Shown here: positions 37,989-49,431 of the stretch, in pieces | Layout: each line of letters starts with the position of its first letter | How positions within the stretch are numbered: position 1 is the first letter of the stretch | Source: Octopus sinensis | Lineage: Eukaryota | Direction of reading: 5' to 3' | DNA length: 55,459 bases | Assembly (NCBI RefSeq): GCF_006345805.1 | Contig: NW_021833732.1 | Coordinates: 1 to 55,459, forward strand | Made by a program: the position numbers and the translations under genes | Notes under the pieces: model-generated | Database searches by the model: none | What the model was told of the DNA's origin: nothing | The model's input: the letters and a program-made list of their open reading frames with translations, nothing else

Positions 37989-38919
37989 GAGGGAGAGAGG
38001 GAGAGTGGGAGAGAGAGAGGGAGTCAAGTCTTAGTAAAGATAATGAGACATTTAATTACTATTAATTAAATTTTTACCTGTAATTAAGAGAACGCCGCCA
38101 ATATCTTGAGGAATAATTATTCGTACGGAAGATCAAGGGTGAAAGTCACAGAATTTAATTTTATTTTACCATTATTTAAAAAGTATTCCAGTACGGAATT
38201 AATGGGATCTCTAGCACTACAGAGAACTCTGGATGTGATTCTGTCCTTTCTGTCCTCATCAGCGAAGCCTAGTTTAGCCGTGGCGGTCACATTTTTTATA
38301 GATGATGTGAGAGAGAGTATACAGCATATTGCAGGCACTCAGTGACGTGGAAACATTAAAGCGTCGCTAAGGGATAATCTGAGGTACAAGCCAGTGAGAG
38401 AGGTTCTATGTGGTCATGAAATCTGTTAGAAATAACAGCCAAATATCCCCATCTGCGATAAACCCACCTGCTGGGTGTTATGTAGAAGTAAACATGTCCA
38501 GTGCTTTTTATAGAGTTATAGTATATGAATGAAAGATTTGGCATCTGTTTCTGACATGCATAGCGACCACGTAGGAGCTCGGTGGTTGGTTCCTAACTAC
38601 TGTTGCTGCTGCTGCAGCTGTTGTTGTTGTTTACATTGTTGCTTATTCTCGTGCCAAAACTTTGAGCAAATTTATAACCGAAGGTGGTTCAACCTTGACC
38701 ATCCATGATCACATTGCCCTTTTCTCTTTTTCTATTTAAGAGACTGTAGGATTTGTGATTCGAAGGAGATTTGACTACTGTTTCTACAACACATAAAGAA
38801 ACTTCATACGATGGCTTAAAAAGGGCCTTGGTATATTTTGACGAGATCAGTATTTACTTTGCAGGTGTACAGGTGAGTAAATCGACGCCATTATTTTACC
38901 AGTAAGCAGACGGGCAGGC

Positions 38920-39278
38920 AGATAGGTAGATAAGTAGGTATGTAAGTAAGTAGGTAGATTTGAAGGTAGGTAGGCAGGTTGGTTCGTAAGTAGATAGGTA
39001 AGAGGAAAGGTGGACAGGTTGATTAGTAGGTAGGAAGGTAGGGTAAGTATGTATGTATGTATGTATGTATGTATGTATGTATGTATGTAGGTAGGTAGGT
39101 AGGTAGGTAGGTAGGTAGGTAGGTAGGTAAGTATGTAGGTAGGTAGGTAGGTAGGTAGGTAGGTAGGTAGGTAGGTACGTAGGTACGTAGGTAGGTAAGT
39201 AGGTAGGTAGGTAAGTAGGTAGGTAGGTAGGTAGGTAGGTAGGTAGGTAGGTAGGTAGGTAGGTAGGTAGGTAGGTAG
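38920..39278. repeat. (TAGG)n/(TATG)n compound array
   Basis: Direct inspection. Confidence 0.92.
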
Positions 39279-39461
39279 TTTTGTTGTCGGGCATGTTTCT
39301 ATATTTTATAGTGATTCAACATAAGGAGTTTCGAAGGCATAAAATATCTTCAGGCTTGGCCTAACAAAACCCGAGCCACCAAGAGATCGTCATAAAAGTG
39401 TCCTAAACGTTGGATAATTAAAGTTATAAGACTCACAGATCACTAGCACAGTGACCCGTAA

Positions 39462-39507
<46 letters not shown>

Positions 39508-40140
39508 GTGGGGAGAAGACTGGTCATAAGAGATTAATGTTGTAGATTGACGTTTAAGTTCCATTCTATTGAGAAATGTCAAATAAAAGCAACAAACATA
39601 AAATCTATAGAAAAACGAGATGGATAGATTTTTCCTTTGTCATTTAAAACTATCCTGGCAGTATAACAAAGCAAACCATAGTTCTGTACCTTCTTAGAAA
39701 AGATGTGTCTCTGGAATTGTATAAGGTAAATTATTCTGAAGAATAAATGAAAAATCGATGCAAGCTTTAAAAAAGAACAACCTCTGAATTTGGCAATGAT
39801 TGCCATTTATGGAAGTACCGTATTTATTCAGATTTATGTAGTGTTTCATTTGAGTGTTTTAAACAATTCTTCGCGACTAGGGATTTTTAGATTTAGAGAT
39901 TTAACATTAAAGGCATTCAAATATCGCTTCTCTCCGCCTTTCTTTCGTTTCTGATGAAAAACGTTCAAAATATTACGCTATAAATCTTTCAGAGTTTGGA
40001 TAACTATTTCACTAATGGAGTAAATATTTAAAAAACTGTTAAACTACAACATACATCGGGTGTCCATAAATTACCTTTAAAATTGAGGTATCGTCATTTC
40101 CATTAAAAGTCGGGGACAAACAAAAGTGATTTAAATAGTG

Positions 40141-40360
40141 ATTTCAACATTCGGCACAAGGCAAGCAAGTTCGGTGGAGGGGTAGGTCGATTACATCGAC
40201 TCCCCGCCTCCAGTGTTCAACTGGTACTTATTTTTTGTCGACCCCAAAAATTTGAAAGACAAAGTAGACCTCGTCAGAATTTGAGCAGAAAATATGAAAA
40301 TGGGTGAATGTGCTGAACATTTTGCTTGGCGCGGTGACAATTCTGCCTGCTCATCGCCTT
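40141..40360 (-). mobile_element. Diverged SINE family A, tail type 2
   Basis: GGCACAAGG...GTCGATTACATCGAC...AACTGGTACTTATT...GAATTTGAG. Confidence 0.75.
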
Positions 40361-40361
40361 A

Positions 40362-40426
<65 letters not shown>

Positions 40427-40440
40427 TATAATAATAATAA

Positions 40441-40988
40441 ATGCCCTGATGCATTAACAGGCAGTGGCTCTCATGGCTTCTGATCTTAACTGATTGGAAG
40501 TGTTATCATGTACATGTTTTGTCTTGGTATAAAAGATGGGCTACAGCAAATATTCTGCTCAATACCACAGATTTGCTTGTCAGTTGTTTGACCTTAATCA
40601 GTTGAGCATGTCCCTTAGTGGCTGACGATATGTGCATCTCTGATCACGAGCAGAATAGTGGGGGAGCATCATAGCCATGTGTTGAGAGGGATTCTTTGGG
40701 GTTTGAATAGTTCACCTCTGGAAACATGGGTGGTTCTTTCAACATCCTTAAACAACCCTTATTCAGGGACCGTTTGAGCGGGATGGGTTACTCAACCTGA
40801 AGAAAATTCTAACTGGGCCCCACCTGCAAGGTCATGTGCTGTTTATCTTGATATGAAATCACCATGTCGCGCACATATGGTTGTGATGCATGTGTGGTGT
40901 ACCTTATCAGACAGTAGTCATGATGGTATATTGGGCTTCGTATATTTTACCCCAGTGTCACTTGATGGCATGAACTGCTCTCTCACTC
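40441..40988 (+). mobile_element. Unit D, longest copy (548 bp), unclassified retroposon in (TAA)n
   Basis: Flanked by (TAA)n; no ORF and no clear B-box; shares its 3' end CTCTCTCACTC(AAT)n with the shorter copies. Confidence 0.85.
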
Positions 40989-41028
40989 AATAATATATAA
41001 TAATAATAATAATAATAATTAATAATAA

Positions 41029-41198
41029 TGTACTGAGAAGAGCATTATCGCTGTGAAAACAACATCCATCCATGAATTTATTTATCTATTAATTTGCGTG
41101 TGTAATCTGGGAATGCATACAATGAGCTTCTCTGCCCTGGGTGTATGGAAAACACTCGGCGAGAAACGAAAGAAAATTTGAAGAAAGAAGGAAAAAAC
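41029..41198 (+). mobile_element. Short 3' end of a second Dong-like family (unit X1)
   Basis: Begins GTACTGAGAAGAGCATTATCGCTGTGA = VLRRALSL*, then a UTR ending in (TAA)n. Confidence 0.6.
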
Positions 41199-41231
<33 letters not shown>

Positions 41232-41254
41232 TAATAATATAATAATAATAATAA

Positions 41255-41766
41255 CAGAAAAAAGATGGTATAGGCACACACCAGAAAAGATCACAGAAAA
41301 CGAGAAAGCAACCATACTCTGGGATATGCCGATACACACAGATAGAGAAATTAAGGCCAACAAACCAGATATAGTTGTCAGAGATCACGAAGAAAAAATG
41401 CTTTCTAATTGATGTATCAATACCAGCAGATGACAACGTGTCTCTAAAAGAAATGGAGAAACTCTCAATACAAGACCTGGAAATAGAGGTAACCAGAATG
41501 TGGAATCTAAAAACAGAAATATTCCTATCATAGTAGGTGCATTAGGCATGATAAAAAAATATTCAGACAAATACATAACAAAAACACCAGGACTTACAAA
41601 CACATATAACATACAGAAAATTGCCACTACTAAGCACTGCACACATCCTACGCAGAACACTTTCCATACAATAACCATCAGAGCATCACAACAAACCACA
41701 GCACATACCCAAGGCACACAGAGCTGCGCTCGGTAGTGAAGTGAAAGCACGCTATAAAATAAACTA

Positions 41767-41770
<4 letters not shown>
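41255..41770 (+). mobile_element. 5'-truncated R4/Dong-like LINE: RLE domain plus 3' UTR
   Basis: RWYRHTPEKITENEKATILWDMPIHTDREIKANKPDIVVRDHEEK/FLIDVSIPADDNVSLKEMEKL/DLEIEVTRMWNLKTE/PIIVGALG...HILRRTLSIQ*; PD-(D/E)xK endonuclease; TAA on both sides. Confidence 0.9.
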
Positions 41771-41811
<41 letters not shown>

Positions 41812-41875
41812 TAATAATAATAATATAATAATAATAATAACAACAATAACAATAATAATAATAATAATAATAATA

Positions 41876-41914
<39 letters not shown>

Positions 41915-41916
<2 letters not shown>

Positions 41917-42107
41917 TACTGAGAAGAGCATTATCGCTGTGAAAACAACATCCATCCATGAATTTATTTATTATTAATTTTAAATACATATTTTATCTGT
42001 GAATTTGCGTGTGTAATCTGGGAATGCATACATGAGCTTCTCTGCCCTAGGTGTATGAAAACACTCGGCGAGAAACGGAAGAAAATTTGAAGAAAGAAGG
42101 AAAAAAC
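41915..42107 (+). mobile_element. Unit X2, second copy of X
   Basis: Same start and end as 41029-41198 with a ~25-bp extra AT-rich segment. Confidence 0.6.
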
Positions 42108-42162
<55 letters not shown>

Positions 42163-42165
42163 TAA

Positions 42166-42388
42166 TAATCCTTTCTACTATAGGTAAAAGGCCTGAAATT
42201 TCGGGGGAGGAGGATAGTCGATAACATCGACCCCAATATTTCACTGGTACTTAATTTATCAACACCCCGAAAGGATAAAAGGTAAAGTCAAACTCGGAGG
42301 AATTTGAACTCAGAACGTAGCGACGGGCGAAATGCTTAGCGACATTTCGACTTTTGCTACGTTCTGTGTTCAAATTCCGCCGAGGTCG
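42166..42388. mobile_element. SINE-A (-) tail type 3 joined head-to-head to A (+)
   Basis: Tail AATCCTTTCTACTATAGG..AGGCCTGAAATTT; junction matches 28328-28480. Confidence 0.85.
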
Positions 42389-42565
42389 CCGAGGTACATG
42401 TGGATCGAACACATGATGTCATGACTACGAATCGAAGAATGGAATAGTAAGTCGTATGGTGTTGGGCTGTGCATGTGGGGGTATTGTGAGTTTGTGTGTG
42501 TGTGTATGAGTATGAATGTGTGTGTGTGCGTGTGTATGAGTATGTGTGTGTGTGTGTATGAGTAT

Positions 42566-42608
<43 letters not shown>

Positions 42609-43191
42609 CTTACGCATTGGTATTTCGGTAGTTTTATTTACAGAGAACGTCAAACGAAAACGTATTACCAAACGTTCGTATTTATTTTTTTACCATTGCA
42701 TCTAAGTGCTAAATTTATAACATTTGATCCAGTTATTGCAGGGGCATTTTATCATTTTATATCATTTCGAGTTTCATTAGCCAAATGGTTTGCATTCCTA
42801 TATTTATAGATGAAAATTATTCTAAGGGAGAGAAGCTGTGACGTTTCTTTTTTATGCAATATCTATATGCTTCCTTTCTATCCACGTTCCATATAGCGAA
42901 AACAATTTTACCATCTTACACATCGTCATTTTTTATTTTCTTGTTTATGTATTTATTTCCATTTTTTCGTTTATTCTTTTATTCTTTTTTTCATCTTTTT
43001 ACATTAATATTTTACTATATTTTTACATTCTTTATATTCTGTAGTTTATATATTCTCTCATTTCATAACATTCTGCCATTCTTTTGTTCTAAGCTCTTAC
43101 TGCTTCAAAAAACAACTTCTGAATACTTCCCAAAGGGAATATAAACACTTTTTTTTTGTTCGATCACTCCATTATGTGTGTGTGTGTGGTG

Positions 43192-43222
<31 letters not shown>

Positions 43223-43430
43223 TATGGAAAAGGTGTTTCATTTTGGAAGTTGCCTCAAGATCGTAAACAGGAAACTGGTTGCTGTAACGCTAAGTTTCGA
43301 TATTCAGGATTATATCTGTGAACTCTATATCACGTATTGAGTGAATGTTTACGTAATAGTGTATCTAATTATGTTTTATATAAGAGTATACCTGTACATA
43401 CATACATACATACATACATACATACATACA

Positions 43431-43466
<36 letters not shown>

Positions 43467-43494
43467 TACATATATATATATACATATATATATA

Positions 43495-45243
43495 TTTTTT
43501 TTTTTCCTAGTTTCAGCTCAGAGCTGCGGCCATGCTGATGCACCGCCGTCTTGTGCTACACTGTTATTACGACGAATCTCGTCTAATATGTGGCACTTGG
43601 TGAAAAATAGAGTTTGATATAGCTACTCTCATTTGCACCTCCTGCCGTGAAGTAGGTTCATCTGGGACTCTTGACAGGAAGATGTCCAGCTTTGATTTAA
43701 AAACCGCTACATCCACTTTGTGCAAGTTCCTCAGACTCTTTGGGAGAATATTAACAAGCTGTGGGCCCTTAAAACCCAGGCTGTTGCAGAAGCTGGTCCT
43801 GAAGCGTGATGGCATTGCTGGGATCTTTGGCACTATGCAGTGTCGTCCCGTTCTAGCATTGGTGTTGCTTACAATGCCAAAATTTGGCACAATTCCTTCC
43901 AGGATCTTCCAGACATATATTACTGCATACCTCTCCCGTCTTCTCTCCAGGGAGTAGAGTCTTAGCTGTTTCAACCTTTCCCAGCAGCTGAGCTGTTGCA
44001 AAGAGATGATCTTCTTTGTGAATCTTCTCTGGATTGCTTCAAGGTCCGCTGTTAATTTTACACTGGTGGGTGACCATAGCTGTGAGCAGTAATCCAGGCG
44101 ACTGAGGACGAATGTCTGTCAGAGGACCATCATGGTTTCCTTATCTCTGGTTCTGAATGTTCTTAGGATCCACCCAGCCAGTCGTCTGCACTTTGTCGCC
44201 ATCCTGGTAATGTGCACTTGGAAAGAGGTATCGTCACTCATGTCGATACCCAGGTCCCTCACAGACTTAGGCTCTTGGATTGAAATTCCCTGTGGACCGG
44301 TGTATCCTGTAAGTTTAATATTCAGTTTTGGATGCTGGTAGCGCAGGGCCTGGAATTTTTCAGCATTAAACTGCATATTATTATCCTCAGCCCATCTGTA
44401 GATTGAGTTCAACTCCTGCTGCAGGTGTGCAACATCGCTGGGGTTCTGTATTTTCTGCGAGACTTTCGTATCGTCTGCATAGCTGGCCAGAGTGGCTATC
44501 CGGGCATTTGAGGGCATATCTGAGAGGGCCACTATAAAAAGCAGTGGTCCCAAGATAGTGCCCTGTGGAACACCGCTCACTATTTGTGTGTTCATAGAGG
44601 TGGCTCCATTAACCACTACTGCCTGACTCCTATCTTTCAAGAAGTCATGCAACCACACTCTAAGTTTTCCAGCTATGCCGAGGTCATATAGTTTGTGGCA
44701 TATCATACCATGATCCACCTTGTCAAAAGCTTTTGCAAAATCAAGGTCGATTACGTCCACATTTGATTTGTTGAGTAACTGCCTCAACACCCAGTCATAA
44801 TGCTGTAAGAGCTGGGTCAGGCAGCTCCTACCTGGTCGAAAACCATGCTGGGTATTACTCAGCAAGTTATTTTCCTCAAGGAATGCGATTAGTTTCTTTC
44901 TGACTATCCGTTCCATGACTTTGCTGATGTGGGAAGTCAGAGAGATAGGCCTATAGTTTTTGGCATCTGCTCTACTTCCCCCTTTATGTATTGGGCATAT
45001 TATTCCCTCCTTCAGCTTGCTTGGCAGTTTGCCATTCGCAAGAAAGCTCTGGGTGAGAATCTTGAGGGGTTTTGCCAGGGCATGCTTACACGCTTTGAGG
45101 AGGATGGCTGGGAAACCGTCTGGACCAGCAGCTGAGTTTGTGTCCACTTCATCTATGGCTAGTAGGACATCTTTTTCGCTAATGTCAATACATTCTGTTG
45201 TAACCGCCTCGCTGGTTATAGGTGAGGCGGCAAAGAAGTCCAC
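43495..45243 (-). mobile_element. 5'-truncated CR1-clade LINE: RT through 3' tail, one internal stop
   Basis: AAGPDG, NYRPISLTSHISKVMER, QHGFRPGRSCLTQLL, LDFAKAFDKVDH, SGVPQGTILGPLLF, SYADDTK, LDYCSQLWSP, LYSLERRRERY; ORFs 44119-45243 and 43567-44001 are in frame; A-rich end; (TA)n on both flanks. Confidence 0.95.
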
Positions 45244-45347
45244 TTATATATATATATATATATATATAAGGATAAGATCGTTATTTAAAATACCGATCTT
45301 ATTAGGTGGCTAGCATGAGAATAAAAACCTCGAAGGTAATAATTAAT

Positions 45348-45566
45348 TATTAAAATCATAATTAAGGGTATCTAAGAGATACCACCACGCTAGAAATAGC
45401 AGCCAAAACTTGACTCGGAAACCACAATAAATGTTCATACAGCACATGTCTCTTTGTCTTCTCTCCTGGTGCTGTATGAACATTTAATGTGGTTTCAGAG
45501 TCAAGTTTTGGCTGCTATTTCTAGAGTTGTGGTATCTCTTAGACAACCTTAATATAATTTTAATAT
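45348..45566. mobile_element. Fold-back (MITE-like) with ~98-bp arms
   Basis: ...AAGAGATACCACCACGCTAGAAATAGCAGCCAAAACTTGACTC...TACAGCAC / 23-nt loop / near-perfect reverse complement. Confidence 0.75.
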
Positions 45567-45567
45567 A

Positions 45568-45618
<51 letters not shown>

Positions 45619-45704
45619 TATGTACGTATGCATGTATATATACATGTATGTGTGTGTGTGTGTGTGTGTCGTCATAGATAGATGTCTTTTGCCTTATAGC
45701 TTTC

Positions 45705-46480
45705 TTTCCGTTTCAGTCCTTCGTTTGTAGCCATGCTGGAGCACTGCTTTGAAGGGTTTAGTCGAAGGAGTCGACAGGCTTACATTTTAAGCCTGGTGCT
45801 TTCTGGGTCTCTTTTTCCGAACCACTAAGATACAGAAATGTAAACAAACCAGCACCGGTCGTCAAGCGGCGGTGAGGTACTAACATAAACACAAGCACAC
45901 ACACACGAACCCACGCACGCACACACACACTCACACACACACACGCATACACATAGATGTATACATAGTATTTATATATAGGACGGTTTCGATTCCCAGA
46001 CCGGGCGTTGTGGGTGTTTATTGAGCGAAAACACCTAAAAGCTCCACGAGGCTCCGGCAGAGGATGGTGGTGATCCTTGCCGTACTCTTTCACCACAACT
46101 TTCTCTCACTCTTACTTCCTGTTTCTGTTGTACCTGTATTTCAAGGGGCCGGCCTTGTCACTCTCTGTGTCACGCAGAATATCCCCGAGAACTACGTTAA
46201 GGGTGCACGTGTCTGTGGAGTGCTCAGCCACTTACACGTTAATTTCACGAGCAGGCTGTTCCGTTGATTCGGATCAACCGGAACCCTCATCGTCGTAACC
46301 GACGGAGTGCTTCCATCCCCCATATATAGGACGGACTTTTTTCAGTTTCTCTCTGCCAAATCCACTCACAAGGTTTTGGTCGGCCGTGACTATACAAGAA
46401 ACACTTGCCCAAGGTGCTACGCAAAGAGATGAACCCTCAACCAGTGGTTGTGAAGCAGACTTCTTTAACCACACAGCCAT
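45705..46480 (-). mobile_element. Diverged SINE family B interrupted by SINE F
   Basis: Tail part 45705-45973, head part 46335-46480. Confidence 0.7.
45987..46321 (+). mobile_element. SINE family F, 5'-truncated, 13-bp TSD
   Basis: ATATATAGGACGG at 45974-45986 and 46322-46334. Confidence 0.88.
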
Positions 46481-46506
46481 TCTTGATGCATACATTCATA
46501 CATGTT

Positions 46507-46899
46507 TCTATATATATATAAAGCTGAAGTTGTCTGTGTATGGCAGGTTTGGTAGCCTTCAACTAACACTGTCTCCTCCGAGACCCTGCGGCGCAAGTTG
46601 ACCAAAATCGAGAGTATGATAGAAGAAAGCTTGCTCTTCCTTCCGTAGAAGAAAAAATCCAAATCGGACCATGTTAAAACCAAAAATTATTTACATCAAA
46701 AAGGTGCTTTTTTTTCTATGAAAATCCCTATTTTTTACGGTTTTTTGACTGCTGTGTCGCCACTTTTCGGTGTATTGCAACCAGAAAAATGTTCACTTAA
46801 AGAGAATAACAATCTACAAAATGCAATTTTTTTACTTTTCAAAAGTTCCAATTCTAAAGGGTCGAATCAAACCCGAGCAACGCCGGGCGATACTGCTAG
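46507..46899 (+). mobile_element. Non-autonomous Helitron (393 bp)
   Basis: 5' TC(TA)nAAGCTGAAG; 3' hairpin CCCGAGCAACGCCGGG (46872-46887), 8 nt, then CTAG followed by T. Confidence 0.8.
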
Positions 46900-46908
46900 T
46901 ACATTGAT

Positions 46909-47050
46909 ATATCATTTAAGTTTGTCTACGGGAAACGTTTTCAATATGCATATAAAAAGCTCCTGTTCTATTACGCTAGCTACAGCCTGACAAACAGGTG
47001 CTTTTATATGCATATTCAAAACGTTTCCTGTAAACAAACTTAAAGGATAT
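46909..47050. mobile_element. 142-bp fold-back MITE with ~59-bp arms
   Basis: ATATCATTTAAGTTTGTCTACGGGAAACG...CCTGTT / 25-nt loop / AACAGG...CGTTTCCTGTAAACAAACTTAAAGGATAT; TA context at both ends. Confidence 0.75.
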
Positions 47051-47501
47051 ATACTTATCTATATGTGTGTGTTTGCAAATGTAGTATTGTATATGTATGT
47101 ATATTGTTGCGAATGTGACTCCTGTGACAAGTCACGAAAGTCTGCCCATATACACATATATATACATAGGCACAAACACATTTAAGGCTTCACACACATA
47201 CACACATTTGTTTATATGCATATGTGCGTGTGCCTGTGTGTGTATGTCTGTGGCTGTGTATATGAGAGAAAATGTACTGGTTCACACCATGTAATAAAAC
47301 TCCAGGATATGCGGTCGTGTGTGTAATATATACACACCTTGATTTGCACACTCCTAAATACAACCTTCATACACACATGACTGGCTTAACTTCCTCCTGT
47401 GAACAACAACGTAGTCATACAACATCTCTAATTATGTTAGAGTAAATAAACTCGTGACATTTCTCATCTAATTTTCTGCTTCAATTACAGCGTTTCGGTT
47501 T

Positions 47502-47669
47502 GAAAATATGGCGGACTTGTTAGAAATATAGCGACTGTTTGAAAGTATCGTCAACCAAAATATGGTGAATTGTTTAGAAAATTGGTGATCTGATTGGAAA
47601 CACGATGGAGTATTAAAAAAATATGATAGTCTATTTGAAAATATGGTGGTCTAGTTATACATCTGAATA
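47502..47669. repeat. Degenerate ~19-20-bp minisatellite (GAAAATATGGTGAACTGTTT-like), left part
   Basis: About eight units by eye; a similar array resumes at 48443-48722. Confidence 0.6.
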
Positions 47670-48041
47670 TGGAAGCACTCCGTCGGTTACGACGACGAGG
47701 GTTCCGGTTGATCCGATCAACGGAACTGCCTGCTCGTGAAATTAACGTGTAAGTGGCTGAGCACTCCACAGACACGTGTACCCTTAACGTATTTCTCGGG
47801 GATATTCAGCGTGACACAGAGAGTGACAAGGCCGGCCCCTTGAAATACAGGTACAACAGAAACAGGAAGTAAGAGTGAGAGAAAGTTGTGGTGAAAGAGT
47901 ACAGCAGGGATCACCACCATCCCTACCGGAGCCTCGTGGAGCTTTAGGTGTTTTCGCTCAATAAACACTCACAACGCCCGGACTGGGTATCGAAACCGCG
48001 ATCCTATGACCGCGAGTCCGCTGCCCTAACCACTGGGCCAT
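47670..48041 (-). mobile_element. tRNA-headed SINE family F, full length
   Basis: Head TGGCCCAGTGGTTAGGGCAG (A-box) ... GGTTTCGATACCC (B-box); tail ...GACGGAGTGCTTCCA; possible 7-bp TSD TACATCT. Confidence 0.9.
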
Positions 48042-48069
48042 ACATCTACGTACAAATATTTCAGGCGTA

Positions 48070-48442
48070 GATGTGTTTGTATGAATGAGAAGCTGGCTTT
48101 GCAACCATGCGGTCTTGAGTTCAGTCCTATTGTGTAGTATCTTGAACAAATAACTCCTACTATAGCCCCGGACTGACCAAAGCCTTGTTAAGGGATTTAG
48201 AAGACAGTTATGTGTGTGTATGTGTATGTAAGTCATTGTGCTCGTGTTGCATTTATCCACCACCACCGCTCGACAACCGGTGTGGGTGTGGGTGTGTTTA
48301 AGTCCCCGTTATCTAACACTTCGATGAATTAATAGACAGGATGTGTAGCAGGCTTAAAAAATAAGTAATGGGGTCGATTTGTTTGACTAAAACCCTTAAA
48401 GTCAGTGCTCCAAAACGGCTGCAGCTCAATGACTGAATAAAA
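48070..48442 (+). mobile_element. Diverged SINE family B
   Basis: GAGTTCAGTCC, CTACTATAGCC..GACCAAAGCCTTG, GGGGTCGATTTGTTTGACTAAA, CAGTGCTCCA..GCAGCTCAATGACTGAA. Confidence 0.7.
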
Positions 48443-49359
48443 AATATATAATAAAAATTAAACTACTTGATAATATATTTAACAATTCGAAAATATAACA
48501 ACCTCTAAAAAATATGCCGGAATCTGAGAAAAAGATAGAAAGTTTGAAAAAGTGGTGGTCAGTGTCAAAATATGGCTGACCATTGGGAAAATATAATAGA
48601 ATGCCTTAAATTATGGCATATCTTTTCAAATATGATTGGCTGTTTGAAAAAATATGATAATTTCTAGAATCCAAAGATGTTAGTTAGAGTATGTTGTTAA
48701 TATGGTGAACTGCTTTAAAAGATCTTCGATTCTCATTTATTAAATACTAAAGAGTAAACTACTAAGTATTCGGTTCTGTATAGCGTTAAACCTGTTATTT
48801 TCTGTGGTAAAAAAACAGTTCCTTCGTGTGTATATGCGTGTGTACAACATCTTATTAAATTAGCTGTGTGTATGTGAGGTGTATGTATATGTTCACCAAT
48901 AAGTAGAGGACATAGAAGTATGGAGAAGAGATAGATCATTTGGGCAGGTGAAGAGAAGGTAGAGATGGATAAGTGACATTATAGCGAAATAAAGAGAGGG
49001 TGGTGGAGATAAACAGAGACTGTTACCGGAGTATGAGAAAGAGGAGAGAGAGGGAAAGGCCAAGTGAAGAGATATATTTAGGAAACAGGCCTCTATATCG
49101 TATAAAAAAAAATGGAAGAAGCAGACGACATATCATGTGACAGGATAAGAAAAAAAACAATGTTACTTTATTTGTCTCTTACATATGTTTTTATGGTCTG
49201 TTATCGTTGTAATGTCAAGTTGATGCCACACAAACATACATCATATACTTATATATATATATATATATACATACGTACATTACATACCTACATACATATA
49301 CATATATACGTATATATATATACATATACATATACATATATACATATATATATATACGC

Positions 49360-49431
<72 letters not shown>

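Noticed and set aside
38240-38265. Minus-strand CTGATGAGGACAGAAAGGACAGAA hammerhead-like string
   Set aside because: GGAC is repeated directly rather than inverted, so stem II cannot form.
38866-38873. TTTGCAG|GTGTACAG|GTGAGT 8-nt microexon
   Set aside because: Frame-shifting length, and it lies beside a degenerate copy of the dispersed fold-back motif.
39660-39750. Overlapping exon candidates on both strands (ITKQTIVLYLLRKDVSLELYK plus; IIYLIQFQRHIFSKK minus)
   Set aside because: Mutually competing with no homology, which illustrates the chance rate of such signals.
41029-42107. X1 and X2 as LTRs flanking an internal RLE region
   Set aside because: Each piece is separated by TAA tracts, X begins with an ORF-end peptide, there are no TG..CA ends or PBS, and RLE LINEs lack LTRs.
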